Of a DNA stretch of 45,418 nucleotides, positions 1-12,905 are shown piece by piece. The notes beneath the pieces were generated by a model. The model did no database searches. It was not told where the DNA came from and worked only from the letters and a program-made list of their open reading frames with translations. Numbering within the stretch: the first letter of the stretch is position 1; every line of letters starts with the position of its first letter. Location of the stretch: contig ADNK01000258.1 in NCBI GenBank assembly GCA_000320545.1, positions 1-45,418 of the forward strand, read 5' to 3'. The position numbers were made by a program, and so were the translations under genes. Origin of the DNA: Bigelowiella natans CCMP2755. Taxonomy: Eukaryota > Protista > Cercozoa.

Positions 1-600
1 TTGCCCCCCCCTAGGTAGCCATAGCTAGCCCCCTATACGCTGACACTACGTCACGTACAACCTATCGCTGGTCCAACCGTAGAAACGACGCACATCACAA
101 GTACTTCAAGGTGCACGTGACTCTGGAATGAGGCTCTCAGCAATGTCAGTGAGATGAAGTAGTGTCTCTCTCTCGAATCAGATCATGTGAGGTACAATGA
201 GTGTGCACTCAGCATGCATTGCAAAGCCGCTATACGTGTGTCGCTAATGAACAAATTTCATTGATTTAATTACAATCCGTCTCACATGTGTCGTCACGTG
301 AGTGCCAAAAATCGCTTTCTATATGGTACGTTAAACGAGGCACGGGTCGATGCCTAAGCATTGGTTACATGATTGAAAAATCAACGTTCATTTGGCCAGC
401 GGCAGTGAGTATCGCGGGATGAAAGCTAATCTACACCCAGCAGTTATCCCTAAGTTTAAGCATACACTGTTTCGTTAGCTTCCCACATAAGATTAGTATG
501 GTACTAGGCATGACCATGGGGGCGGGGGGGAGCAATTAATGGTATTGTTATCGTTGACATGCGGTAACTGGATAACCTATCACTTCCTCTTCATTTCCAG

Positions 601-1038
601 GTCAAGCTCTCCGACAAAGATCAACATGTCAGTGTTTATACGTGAAAACAGCAGATACATCCCCTTGCTCTCATTGCTATCTGCCGTCAGTGCGACATCC
701 CCGTAGCAAAGCATTCTTTTGCACTATATGTTACTCGCTTACACTTTGACCAGCCTCGCCAATTTTGATTCCTCATTATCGAATACCCTTGACAACAGTT
801 GGAAGACGAAAAAGAGAGGCACAATGCAAGGGTCCGCGCTGCCAAACGTGCTAAAGAAACACGTAAGCGGGAGAACAAGCTAATAGAGGAGATGGGGCGT
901 GATGCCTATAACAAAATGCTAGAGGAAGAGGCAAAGAAAGTGAAACAACGAAGCGCCGAGGAGCGTCAGAGAGAAATACTAGCCAGGAGAGTGAAAGCTT
1001 TGAAAAGGACAAAGAGTGGTAGGGAAATTGCATGGTGA
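601..1038 (+). CDS. Possible spliced gene fragment, charged coiled-coil hypothetical protein
   Basis: ttccag|GTCAAG..CAT|gtcagt joins in frame to acaacag|TTGGAAGAC (VKLSDKDQH+LEDEKERHNARVRAAKRAKETRKRE...). No recognisable domain; start and stop unresolved. Confidence 0.35.
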
Positions 1039-1769
1039 GCTCGAGTAGTGGTCACCTTGGTATACATCGAACATTTGCGAGCAGAAACGGCATCTCCACT
1101 GGTAAAGTTATCTTCAAATATTTCTTTGCCTATAGTAAGTATATAAGACGAGTTGATGACTTGCATTGATGCAACAACCTCTGCAATGAATTTAAAGATA
1201 ATTTTAGAACACGTGCATAACTAGCCTGCGTGATGCGCCACGATCCTACCAATGTGATATAGAGTGACGCATGAATCTTAACACGACGGCTACGCGACGC
1301 AAGTGCGTTATTGCGTTGCTAAAGCAAGGGACATGCGATTAAATACCCGTCGTCTGCTCGATATCATGCAAGCAGCGTACGCTCGTGGTATACGCATTTT
1401 TCGCGCCGATTATGCAGCCAGTGAAAGGCCATATTGCATGCAGATTCACAGCAGCTCTTATAACGTAACGACGCTGCGGTGTACCTATTTCTTTTTTAAT
1501 CTCGTCATTTTCGTTTTTGCTTGCATGTGCGTTGTCATGTGCTACGCGAATGCTTTACTAGATCGGTGAGTATAAGCGCTTAGTATTAATCTCTAATTGC
1601 TATGGCACCTTCAGTGAGTAGAAGACGTCGGTTGCGATTTATAAACAACTTGCATGCCCGACCAGTGAATATAACTGCTATCATTCTATCTAAGTGAGTT
1701 TGTTATATGCTGAGTAGATCTTGTTACGAGGCCGGAAGACTGTACAAGGAGTTGGCATTTAGTAATTGC

Positions 1770-4700
1770 TTAGTCCTTTAAGGGACGAAGCTCCCACAGC
1801 TCGATGATGTTTACATTGCCATACTTTCCTGGCGGTTTCAATCTTTTACTACAGCTACTACTTCTACTACTAGCTTTGGATGATGGTGAAGATGGTGCGT
1901 CATTTGATTCATCACGTATCCGAAGAACATCGACAACCTCATAGCCTGAAAAACAATGTGGAGTGCATGCATGTTAGTGAAGGAAGAAATAATACAACAT
2001 TTTATCATGTCATGAATCGTGTTTTTCCTTCTCAATCCAGTACCTCCAACAGCCTTGATTTCCCTCTCAAGTTCATGAGATCGAGCTGATGAACTTTGAC
2101 TGGAAAGTGATGCAATATCGCTGTAAACCTGACATCATGCGTCATTTAGCTGCTGTAAACCACAAATTTTAACATCGTCATGAATTCAATAATTGTCAGT
2201 TTTTTGGCAGCAGAAGTGCTGGAGTTCTGCTCACCACGACGACTCTTTCCGTAGCTATTTTCCTTGCTTGAGTAAGGAACCTCCTTATGAGCCCTTGTTG
2301 AGAGAATATCGCTTGCCTACAAATTAAAGGTTTTGATGATATATTATCAAATCGATGCCTTTTCGTTCTTTTATGCCAATCTCGTAGAAGATGTATGAGT
2401 CATGAGTGATATACTGTTTAAATAGAATGCTCGCTAAAACAGGGCTGCGAGTGTAATGTTAAATTTCTTTTAATTTTTGCTCACTCGAGAGGTGACATCG
2501 ATGACTGTGATGCTGATGATGTCGAGTTGCGAGTAGTGCATTGATGTTCTTGAGAAGACCCAGAATTTGGTTGGTCAAGATGTTTACGTGATGGCCAAAT
2601 CATGACGCTACTATTCTCGTAAGATACTCCGACTTGTGCCTTGTTACTCTCAATGCTACTACTGTAATGCTTGGCCGAAACCCATGGTGGGTTGAATATT
2701 ATAAGCTCTGGTCTTGAGCTATTGCTGCTGCTGCTGCTACTACTATTACTACTTCGATTCTGTAAGTTCAGCAATGATTCCAATAAATCCCCACTCTCCA
2801 CCAATAACTCTCGCCCTTGGTTGTTTCTTCCTGAGAAATGTCGTGGTAGTGAAGATGATGAGGGTGATAATGATGATGATGAATTTAAGTGGAAGCTATG
2901 TGAAGTGAAAGCTTAACTCACGTGTGCGTGTATGTGCGTGTATGTGCGTGTGTATGCGTCACTTGTAAGTAGCCTATAGTTCTGTATAATTTTCCTTGCG
3001 GCGAACATAATTAATCAACATAAAACAAATATTTTATACCCGCATTTTCAACTGGACGCTGCACGTTTGCCCCTTCTTGTAGATAATCCTGCTTATTGCT
3101 GATCATCATCATCATCCTCCTTCTATCCTCTTTGACTGACAATACTGCAAAGGGATTGACATCTATGGCTCGCACAAACTGGCATCTGTTGTATTTTCCA
3201 ACATCAGCAACGTTTAGAACCATTCTGCTCGAAAAGTATAACATTTTCCTCTCTTTATCGTGTGTGTTTCAACAAATATCGTTTGTGTGCGTATTAGCGT
3301 GCGCACTACCCGTGATGTAGAAGGGTAAGCGCAACTACTCCTGATCCTGTGCCTACCATAAAATGTCGCTATAAAATCCAGAGGAGTCTCGAATAATAGA
3401 CTAAGAGCTCTTACCCACATCCACTGCGGATCGATATACTTTCTTCTGGAATGATTTCTCTATCCATTGGGCTACAAGCTGAGCGTTGTTTCACAAATAC
3501 CACCTCCACTTCATCATTGATTTCGTGAAATGCAAGCTATTGATTGGAATACTGGTGATGATGTAAAAGACGACAACGATGACGATGGTCACGAAGAAAG
3601 GAAAAGAAAAAGGAGAAAAAATCTCATGATGCTGCTGCTGCTGCTGCTGATGCTGATGATGCTGATGATGATGATAAAGACGATAACGATGATCATCTTT
3701 GACTTGTTTAAACTACTAATATGATAGTTACCTTGACGTAGGCCGAGTGGGGCGGAGGACAGAATACGTTATAGAAGGGGTGAATTACATATGACGGCGG
3801 AAGATGTGGGAATAGCACGCCCTAAGGATGGATTAGGCATCAAGGCCTCATCATCAATATAATAACGAAGAAGCAGCAGGGGGTATCATTATGTGTCAAT
3901 CGTAGCCTCTTCTTGCTTTTTGGAAGTGGGTAGTAGTAGTAGCAGTAGTAGTAGTAGCAGCAGTGCGTACTTTCTTATAGCGCTCCCATGCCGAATTTAA
4001 CCCCAGAAATACTCTGAAATAGACGGTAGTGTGTAATGTCATCAGTGAAGGCAAGTATCCTACCCACCTACCTACCTACCTACCTACCTACCTACCTACT
4101 ATGGAATAACGAATCAGCAAGCATGTTATCTTTGGGGGCTGTTAAATGACAAACCGTAGTTTCAGATATTTGTACTGTCTTCTCTCTAGCATTTTGGTAA
4201 CCCAAGCAACGTCCGGAAAGCCTCTTCTTCGCCTTCTCAACGGTCTGCTGCTGCCATCACGAAGGGGCCCCGCTGGAATTAATATTCGATTGCCCAACGC
4301 TGCGACCTTGTGCATCTAGAAACAAAGCAATATCGTGATGAATATCTCTCCTACTACTCTTTGGGACTAATTTTAGTGTGGAATTGTAACAACCTTCTCT
4401 CTCGTCATCGAGTAGCGCTCCGCCTCACTATATCTACGACTTTGGAGTTTTCTTTTCGCCGATGGTCTACAAAGCACCAACGTCGTTGTCATTCATCGTG
4501 GGTTCTTTGCAGTGGGGAAGTCTCATCATATTATCTTTGTGTCAACATGCTGCTAGTGCCTATTACCCATTAAGTATGCGCTTCTGTATCATAGAATGTA
4601 GACGGAGAGCGGAATTATAACAATCTCTAACGCATATGAACCCTCCCTAAAGGTTACATCACGGAATAAGTTTTGCGGCCATTTCGGAAGGAAAGAGAGA

Positions 4701-5152
4701 AGATGGTCTTGTTAAGACTTAAGGAACTCCATGTATGACTTTGTTCAGATGATTTAGGAACTCTGAGATTCGGCCTTTTGGAATTCCATCTGCACACGGA
4801 CCAAATGTTACTATTACTACTATGTTGCAAGGAGAAGTGGTTTCAAATGTATTCTCTTACCTAGTGTCAATGACCCCTTTGGTAAATCGAATACCCCGAG
4901 CTCAGGTGTCGATCGGGAAAGCAGTTCAAGTTGTTCTGAGTAGAGAAAGAACATCTCCCTGCAACGATCGGACAAGCCAGTGATGAATCTACTACCTTCA
5001 GAGACTACTACTTCAGGCTGGAAATGTGTCAAAAACGAGCTCGTCGTTTGTTTCCTCTTTCTTTTCCGTGCAGTATGACGCTGGGCATGTGTAAGGGTTG
5101 CAAGTGCTGCAATGAGGGCTCCCAGTAATGTGTAGGGGGCTGTGGGGGGCAT
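1770..5152 (-). CDS. Class I SAM-dependent methyltransferase (MTS/HemK-like, NPPW type), multi-exon
   Basis: Spliced exons give FLGLNSAWERYKK|GVLFPHL..IHPFYNVFCP, motif I AVDVG|TGSGVVAL, AIDVNPFAV, motif IV IIFNPPW, PLE|QAIF, VYSDIA and IIELWELRPLKD* (TAA at 1770-1772). The start is either ATG 5152 (hydrophobic leader MPPTAPYTLLGALIAALATLTHA) or 5266. Confidence 0.85.
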
Positions 5153-6013
5153 GCAACGTCTCACCAACACAGGACGGCGAGCGACGCCGACTTTGTTCCA
5201 CAATTGCAGCAGATCTAGATACTGTACGACGTGAGGATCCCCATGTCGTACACATAAAATATCCATAATTTATTGTATTTATTTGGATCTTATTTTGACC
5301 GTAAACCTTTGCCGCACCTTCAAAACTGCCAGGATCTCCTTCTTCCCATTCCAGATTTCGGAAGTAGTCGGAGGTATTTAGTCCAGGCTACACCATGCAC
5401 AAATGAGAAAGGCGCCCCAAATCCTTAAGGAAATCCTACGAAATCCTGGAAATCCCCATTTTTTATGCTGTTTTCTTCGATTTGTGAAGGCGCAGGTGAC
5501 TAGTTCGCTTAACAGTAATTCAACACTGATACCAGTTCTTGTACATTCTTTTATTGCCCTATATGTGTGATGCATATACCCCTTCTTGGTCCTTGCAGAC
5601 GTGCAGTCTAAACCCATTTTTAAAAATATCTTAACATCTCAGATTTTCTGCATCTAATTTTCCTTGTCTCTCTCAACTAGATATATGTCCTATCCCTAAT
5701 CTTCCTGTGTATCTTATTGTCTCGACGAAAAAAGTCTGTTATGCTTACTCTCCACGAACGAAGTTAACGTCTGTGATAAATCCAAAAGAAAGGCAGGGAA
5801 CGGAGGAGATTTTCGGTCCTTTGTCGGGACTTTCGGAAAGAAATTGGAAGGACTACTTATACTTTATCCTAAAATCGACATATTTGGTTGACGCACGTGA
5901 AGAATCAGCTATATTTTGCTTTTCGCAAGAGCAGTTTCCGGTGTCGTCTCTTCACTTCTCGGTCGGATCACCCGCCCCCCTGCCCGCGCAGAAGAACACA
6001 TAGCTCCTTAGTC

Positions 6014-8480
6014 ATGTTGATGCGCTCTGTCCTCAGCCGTTCGGTTCGCCGAGCACTCTGCTCTCGTCCAGTAAATCAATCCATGGGCGCTGAATTAAAG
6101 AGGACAGCTTCACGGTCCTTTTCGTCCATAACGGATCCTTCTGTCTTCCGGTCACTGAAACCCTACAAACCGGAAACCTACAAGGATCATGAACAGTTTC
6201 TAGAGGTAGCGTAAGCCAGTCACTATGAGGACTGCTACTACGATGCTAACACTTAAAAATGATAATAAGGATGGTAACAGCAACATAATATTTTAAAACA
6301 TAGTGCGGTTCAATGCCTTCACGTTTTGTGTATTTCAGTTGCCACGAAAGAAAGAAAGCAGTAGTTTACCATAGGGCCGCGTTTTGTGAATATCTAGGTA
6401 CACAGGAAAAGCGATACCACCCTTAACTTGCATCTCGACACGTCGTTGCTAGAACCTGAGGGGATCCATCCCGATAAGGTAGTCGATGTCGCACGTAACA
6501 ACCAAACAACAAACACAGAAACATCCTCGTCTTGGGTGCAGAATTTAAAGGCATTTCCTTCCCTATAATATTCCATTAGATATACCGCAACCCGTCGGTC
6601 GGACTGCTGTACGAGCATGCGTGCAGGTACGAGAAGGGGACCGTGATTGCTTCCAATGGAGCTCTCTGCGCGTATTCTGGGGACAAGCGTGGTCGCTGCC
6701 CGCTTGATAAGAGAGTCGTTGACGAACCAACAACAAATCAGGTAGTATGATGATGATGATGATCATGATGTTTATTGCGATGATGATAATGATGATGACG
6801 AAGATAATGATGACTATGCAATCTGCCAGTGCTGCTGTGTTGGTAATGGTAGTGGCATTGAAGAAAAGACCACAAGAAGATGCTAGTATCAGCTTTTAGT
6901 TGCAAAAGTTACACTTGCCGAAGGCAGAGCCTTCTATACTATGTAATAATGATGATGGTGGTGGTGAGGAGGATGGTGATCGTGATGGTTGTGTACTGTA
7001 ATTGTTACCTACTAGGACGTTTGGTGGGGGGCAATCAACATCAAGCTTCCTGAGTCCTCGTTCATGACAAACCGTGAGCGTGCTGTCGACTATCTAAACA
7101 CAAGGGAACGCTTATACGTCATCGATGCTTTTGGAGGTGCTGATCCAAAGTACCGCATCAAGGTCGCTGTTTTTGCAAGAAACTGTTCGCCGGAAAACCA
7201 CTGAATGAAACAGCTGAATGATCTCTGGTTCTATCACAGGTTCGAGTCATTACCAGTAGGGCTTATCACGCTCTATTCATGTAAGTAACCAAAATATGAT
7301 GCTATGCAGCCAAGTCAATGACGTTTAATTTTTTTATTTGAATATGCTTCTTTCTTACTGCTGCTTTTACCATGTTCTACTACTACTGCTACTACTACAA
7401 CAGGCACAACATGCTCATCCGTCCAACAGAAGACGAGCTGATGGACTTCGGAGATCCAGACTTCACGAGTAATTTAATCTATTCTAGCTTTTGTAACCCT
7501 CCTCCTACCCCCCTTCCTCTCCTTTCGTCATATTATTCAGCAATCTACATCATCTATCTAGTCGTATTTGCAAATACATACGAGGAGATAAAGTCCGCAA
7601 ACACTAATATTATTCATTTCTTTCTTTATGATATAACTGCGATATCTTCCCCTCCAAAGTTGGATCACGAATCTGCTACCTGCAAACACTGCTCACACAC
7701 GCTAATGTGTGCATCATCATTTTATTTATCAGTTTTTAATGCTGGAGAGTTCCCAGCTAACAGATACACCGAAGGAATGACATCTTCCACAAGCGTATCT
7801 CTTAGTTTCGCTCAGCGAGAGATGGTCATCCTTGGAACCCAGTATGCTGGGGAGATGAAGAAAGGCCTCTTTACTTTGTTCAACTACTTGATGCCGAAGC
7901 AGGGCGTCTTGTCCATGCATGCGAGCGCAAACGAAGGCAAGGATGGGGATGTCAGGTGAGGAAGTAGAGTGCATCCTATAGCTGTTTCATGGAGGAGTGG
8001 TAGTAGTGACATGGTGAAATAAGAATTAATTGCAGAAGAGAAACGACAGGTGGTATTCCTGACAACGATTGTTTGTGTGTGTGCGTGTGTGTGTGCTCTC
8101 GTATTATTGTGCTGTGGGTCGGACTATATATGTATATATTATCTTCCGGCAATTTAGTATTTTCTTTGGCCTTTCTGGAACGGGAAAAACTACCCTTTCG
8201 AGTGACCCCGAGCGTCTGTTAATCGGAGACGATGAGCATTGTTGGACCGACGATGGAGTCTTTAACATTGAGGGAGGATGCTATGCCAAAGCTATCAACC
8301 TGAGCCGCGACCAAGAGCCCGAGATCTTCGATGCAGCTCGTTTCGGATCTGTGCTCGAAAATGTCAAGTATGACCTTATCTCTCGCGAAGTTGACTACAA
8401 GGATAAGTACGACAACACCAGCGATCATCTGCATATATGCTTTTTTGTGACAATTTACCATACGCTTGCTAACGATTCCA

Positions 8481-8524
<44 letters not shown>

Positions 8525-9404
8525 TTATATATCCACACATTAGCTCTTTGACGGAAAATACCCGGCTCTCCTACCCCATCCACTACATCGCCAACGCAAA
8601 GGAGGTCTCCATGGGGCCCCTCCCGAAGAACATTATAATGCTCACGTGTGATGCCTTCGGTGTCCTACCTCCAATTGCAAAGCTCACGCCAGAGCAGGCA
8701 ATGTACCACTTCATGAGCGGGTACACAGCTAAAGTAGCTGGAACTGAAATGGGGGTTACCGAGCCGCAAGCCACCTTCTCTGCGTGCTTTGGCGCTCCGT
8801 TCCTAGTCTGGCATCCAAGTAAATACGCAGAGCTTTTGGCAGAAAAGGTGGAAAAGCACGGCGCTCACTGCTGGTTGGTCAACACTGGATGGTCAGGTGG
8901 ATCCTATGGAATCGGCAAGCGGCTTTCCCTTAAATACACTCGGTAGTAGCACACCATCCAAGTAGAAGAACACTACCAACGCCTACGTCTCCTTTTCTCT
9001 TTTTAAAACATCAGAGGGGTGGGGGTTCAGTTTCGTTGTAACTTCTGAAGGCCAAGTCATAGTTTTTAAGAATATCTATCGAATCTCCTGCTGTTTTCCT
9101 ATATGTCTTCCATTTCTCTGATCCTCCTTTTTCGTTGTTGCTCAGCGCAATTATAGATGCCATCCACCATGGAGAGCTTGAGAACGCTGAATATGAGAAA
9201 CTTCCGGTATTCAACTTGGAGGTTCCGACAAGTTGCAGCCGTGTTCCAACCGAAATCTTAAACCCTCGTAACACGTGGGATGATAAGTCGGCCCATGACC
9301 GGCAAGTCAACCAGCTGGCGCAGCTGTTTATAGACAATTTTAAGATGTTCGAGGAAGGAACGAATCAGGCCATTCTAAGTGCAGCACCACAGTTGGCAAA
9401 GTAA
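6014..9404 (+). CDS. pckA: Phosphoenolpyruvate carboxykinase (ATP), about 10 exons, N-terminal mitochondrial-type presequence
   Basis: Motifs [21 protein letters not shown] (P-loop), [36 protein letters not shown] and WLVNTGW. Leader [18 protein letters not shown] is R/S-rich with no acidic residues. All junctions read GT-AG in frame. Confidence 0.97.
8484..8520. repeat. (TA)n microsatellite in a PEPCK intron
   Basis: Seen directly; similar (TA)n at ~26217-26249, 32769-32810 and 44825-44860. Confidence 0.95.
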
Positions 9405-9589
9405 GCAGGGATAAATGAGGTTAGAATCATGAAATATAGCTCTGAACTATTTACCTTCGCGTTATTCTAAAATTTGGCGTAAAGAGGACAAGGGTCTGGA
9501 AAGAATGTAGTTGGATAGATAGGGGGCCCATCAGCTTTGTTGTTATGAGGGAGGACGCATCATGGGTCCAAATTTGTCTTCTTCCCCGA

Positions 9590-10135
9590 CTCCATGCACC
9601 GAATTATTGCATGTAGCCGCTCACAATAGAAAAGGTGCATGCTGCTGCCATACACGCTGCGTTTGTTGTTCGCGATGGTGATGCAAGTGTTCATTTTTCG
9701 ATGTAGCTGCGACGCGACAAAAAATTGTAGATACTACACACCAGCACACCATGTGCAGCCATGACACTGTGCCCACAGCTAGCATATAGTGAAGTAAGTA
9801 CACGCTCATGGGAATAGACTCACCTGGTTCGTGCTGTTGTGAATTGTTGCAATCTAGCTCATGACATCTGCACATGCCATGCTGTGATGCCGTGTGCACA
9901 TCTAGACATGCGCGCCGCCGCGCATGTGCTGTACGACACACAACAGCGACATATCGTATCGCGGCTTCTTCTCTACCTGTCAGCAAAGTACAAATTGCTC
10001 GTCATTTTCACGTGTACGCCACACATGACTTGCATTTCGCCAGTTGTACGGCATGCTAGCATGTGCAAGAACAAATCCTTGTTGAAATTTCTTCAGCCGT
10101 CTGCATGTGTTCATTAGCGAAGTACGGACTGACGG
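9590..10135. other. RY-alternating, palindrome-rich tract in the PEPCK/anoctamin convergent spacer
   Basis: Dense TGCA, CATG, CTAG and CACGTG words, e.g. gcatgctagcatgtgc at ~10051. Confidence 0.7.
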
Positions 10136-10280
10136 CTAGACGATTATTCCAATGCCTTCTCATTTAGCACCGTTGATTTATTCATTCATTACGTGGTGGA
10201 TCAGCCGTACAGTGTCCAGTATTAGCTGTTGCGCCGGGTATTGTGTTGATAAAACATAGCAAAGCACAAGTCTAGAATTG

Positions 10281-12506
10281 CTAACGAATTCGAAGCGATT
10301 TTCTCAAAGCCTCTTCCCTTTCATATTCTCTCCTTGCACGATCAATTCGTACCCATTCAGGTTCAGAGGGAATTACAGCTAGAATCAGACCGCAGCAAAC
10401 CAACAGTATGTGTTCCAGTGCGAATACCATGAACACCACGTATCGGCCTTTTCCTTTTGCGAGATCCTGCTCTTCAACGATTGCTCCGTCCCAACGGAGT
10501 TCTTTTTCCAGTTGAAACCATGATGGTATCCACACCATCATCTGCTCCGTCGTAAAGCCGAACAAAAAACAATTGGAAACAATGCTCAACGTGAACAAAA
10601 CGTACATGATGTTCCGCCAGATGCCGATATTTCTCACTCGGTTGACATGCGGGCGACGGCAAACATACACTAGCTTGAACATGTCACTCCTAAGCTCGAT
10701 TAAATTGCATAACATGCTCAGGATTGGGGCCAACGGAAATGCCGATGCGAATAGTGTGATATAGCCGTACTCAATCACCATCTCCAGGTAGTCGTCGAAT
10801 TGCTCATATTCATCTAGCAGCTCATCCACAATTTGGCTATCATCATCCCCCCCCCATTCACCATCCGTATTGCCACCATCACCACCATCACCACCACCAC
10901 CACCACCATCACCGTCGCTCTTCTTGTGTTTGGCATCGTCCGCTAAATCCTTCCTCTTGCGGAAGTATTCACGGAGTTTCTGTAGCGTGAGAGGAATAAT
11001 GCACTCACACACCACTCGACGAAAGCTGTCTACTGTATAGAGCCCTATCAGCTCTTGTCGTAACGCAATCGGATCCAGCTCGTAAAAAGCAATGTAAAAT
11101 AAAGCTATGTAGCAATCAAAGGCCTCAAATAGAAAGCGTTTGATAATGATTGAGTTCTCAAATTCATGCTCTGTCCGATGGTTCTCGAATTCTGTAAGCG
11201 TCTCAGCCACCACACGGTAAAGGCTATTTAAAAGCATAATGATCACAGCGTGCAAAATCACGGGTATAAACCCAAATAATTGGCTCCCAATGCTCATTGC
11301 ATAATCCCCATCTTCACCACTAGTGCCAGTAAAGAACAACCCCCCCGGCTCGGCAAGTCGGGCTACGACTTTGATGTAAATCGGAGAGTTTCTATGTACA
11401 TATCCTTCCAAGTTAAGAAACAAGCACATGATTCCAAAGGCGATCGATAACATCAATGCAGTTGCAAGACAGCTCGCCACGTAGCGCGGCAGTCGATCGG
11501 AGAAACCGAAATGTATTTCCTTTTTGCCGGTCACAAGGCTGATAACCGTTTTCCCATGAAATTGGGGACGGACCTCCTCCCTCCTGGCCGCATCTAAGGT
11601 TCCCCATGTGCATGCAAGCGCACTCGCGTACCTATCCCAGTATTTGAGGAAAAAAGCAGACCAAAAGATGACGAACATGGAGAATAATGGTATTCTGGGA
11701 GAGTTGTCCACGGTGTAGCCTTCCCCTCTGAAGTACCATAAGGAAAACCCTGCTACCGCTGGAAATATAAGCCATACCGTGAAAAAATCAAGCCAAGCAA
11801 AGTAAAAAGCTACAGCGCTCCCATAGTACTCCTCGATACCATGGATGGGGGAGGAGAACAGCCTGAACCAATATGACCGGATGTACTGATAACCTGTCGC
11901 TCTCGATTCGAGACATGCTTCACGGAAGAGCTTGTCAGAGATATCGTGGTCGTGAGGAGGAAAAATAGCTTCGATTTTCTCCTCATGTAACAAGGTAGGC
12001 AATAAGGCACATGCAATACCGTTATCTTTATTCTCACTAGCAATTTTTCCCAGCAAGCAATGGGCTATGTGAGCTCGTTCCGAGAAACTAAAAAAATCGA
12101 AAGATCCCCAACCATTATAGTTGCAACGTGCAGCGTAAATAAAGGGTGTCGTAGAATACGCCTTCTTGCCATTTACTTTATCTGATTACCACATCACACA
12201 TACAGGATGATGAGCCTGAAGTCAAAATGATCTCTTCTGACACATTCTTGGAAATCTAGGTGGACCTTCATTCGCCACATTTTTCAATGGTTTGAGGAGA
12301 CCAAGATTTTCAGCTTCCAGTCCGAGCCCTTCGAGGGAAACTCCCACCTTTACGAATGTATTTTTTTGGCGATGTACAACTTTGAACGCGAGGCCCAATT
12401 TCTTTCCTGAGCCTTTAAGCTCATGAATAAGAGATTCATTTTTGTAGCCTTTTGTTGCCAAAGCGATGACATACTCCCACGAGAATTTGGTCCCTGACGA
12501 TGCCAT
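10281..12506 (-). CDS. Anoctamin/TMEM16 family (ANO10-like scramblase or channel), 2 exons
   Basis: IEEYYGSAVAFYFAWL, RPQFHG, LTEFENHRT, FDDYLEMVIEYGYITLFASAFPLAP, ELRSD and RRP..NIGIW. One short intron near 12183-12266 joins ORF 12222-12506 to the long exon. Confidence 0.93.
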
Positions 12507-12905
12507 GTGAGTTGAGACCTCCTCCTAATGGGAAGCCACAGCCCAGGCCAGGTCCTTCTCCGGTCGAATGCCGAGGATCAACTGCTTCGAATTGAGGCTA
12601 CTGAGCGCTCATTCCTGCTAAATCTCTGGGGTTTCAGTCTTGCGACAACACAATTGGCCTGTCGTCCTGTCGTAGGCCATCCATGATGGATCATAGGATG
12701 AAAACTCCTTACGACAACCAACGAAACGATGTCGTAGACATACGTATCCCCTCTGTTTTCCGAACGCCTCCTTCGGCAACCATTGGTCGGCTGCTCGTGT
12801 TTACAAGGCCGTGTTCTTCGTTGTCGGTCTGGGCGCTGCTGTCATCTCGCCCATTGGATTTCCACAGCTTTTCAACCCAAGAATCACACATCAACAGGCA
12901 ATAAA

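Noticed and set aside
1-535. Possible TIR pair ttgccccccc (1-10) / gggggggagcaa (~524-535)
   Set aside because: Short, low-complexity and at the window edge; no TSD can be assessed.
9621-10117. Cys/His-rich ORFs in the convergent spacer (also 22709-22969, 33194-33428, 39366-40216)
   Set aside because: The C/H/A/M/R bias follows from RY-alternating DNA; no domain or splice support.
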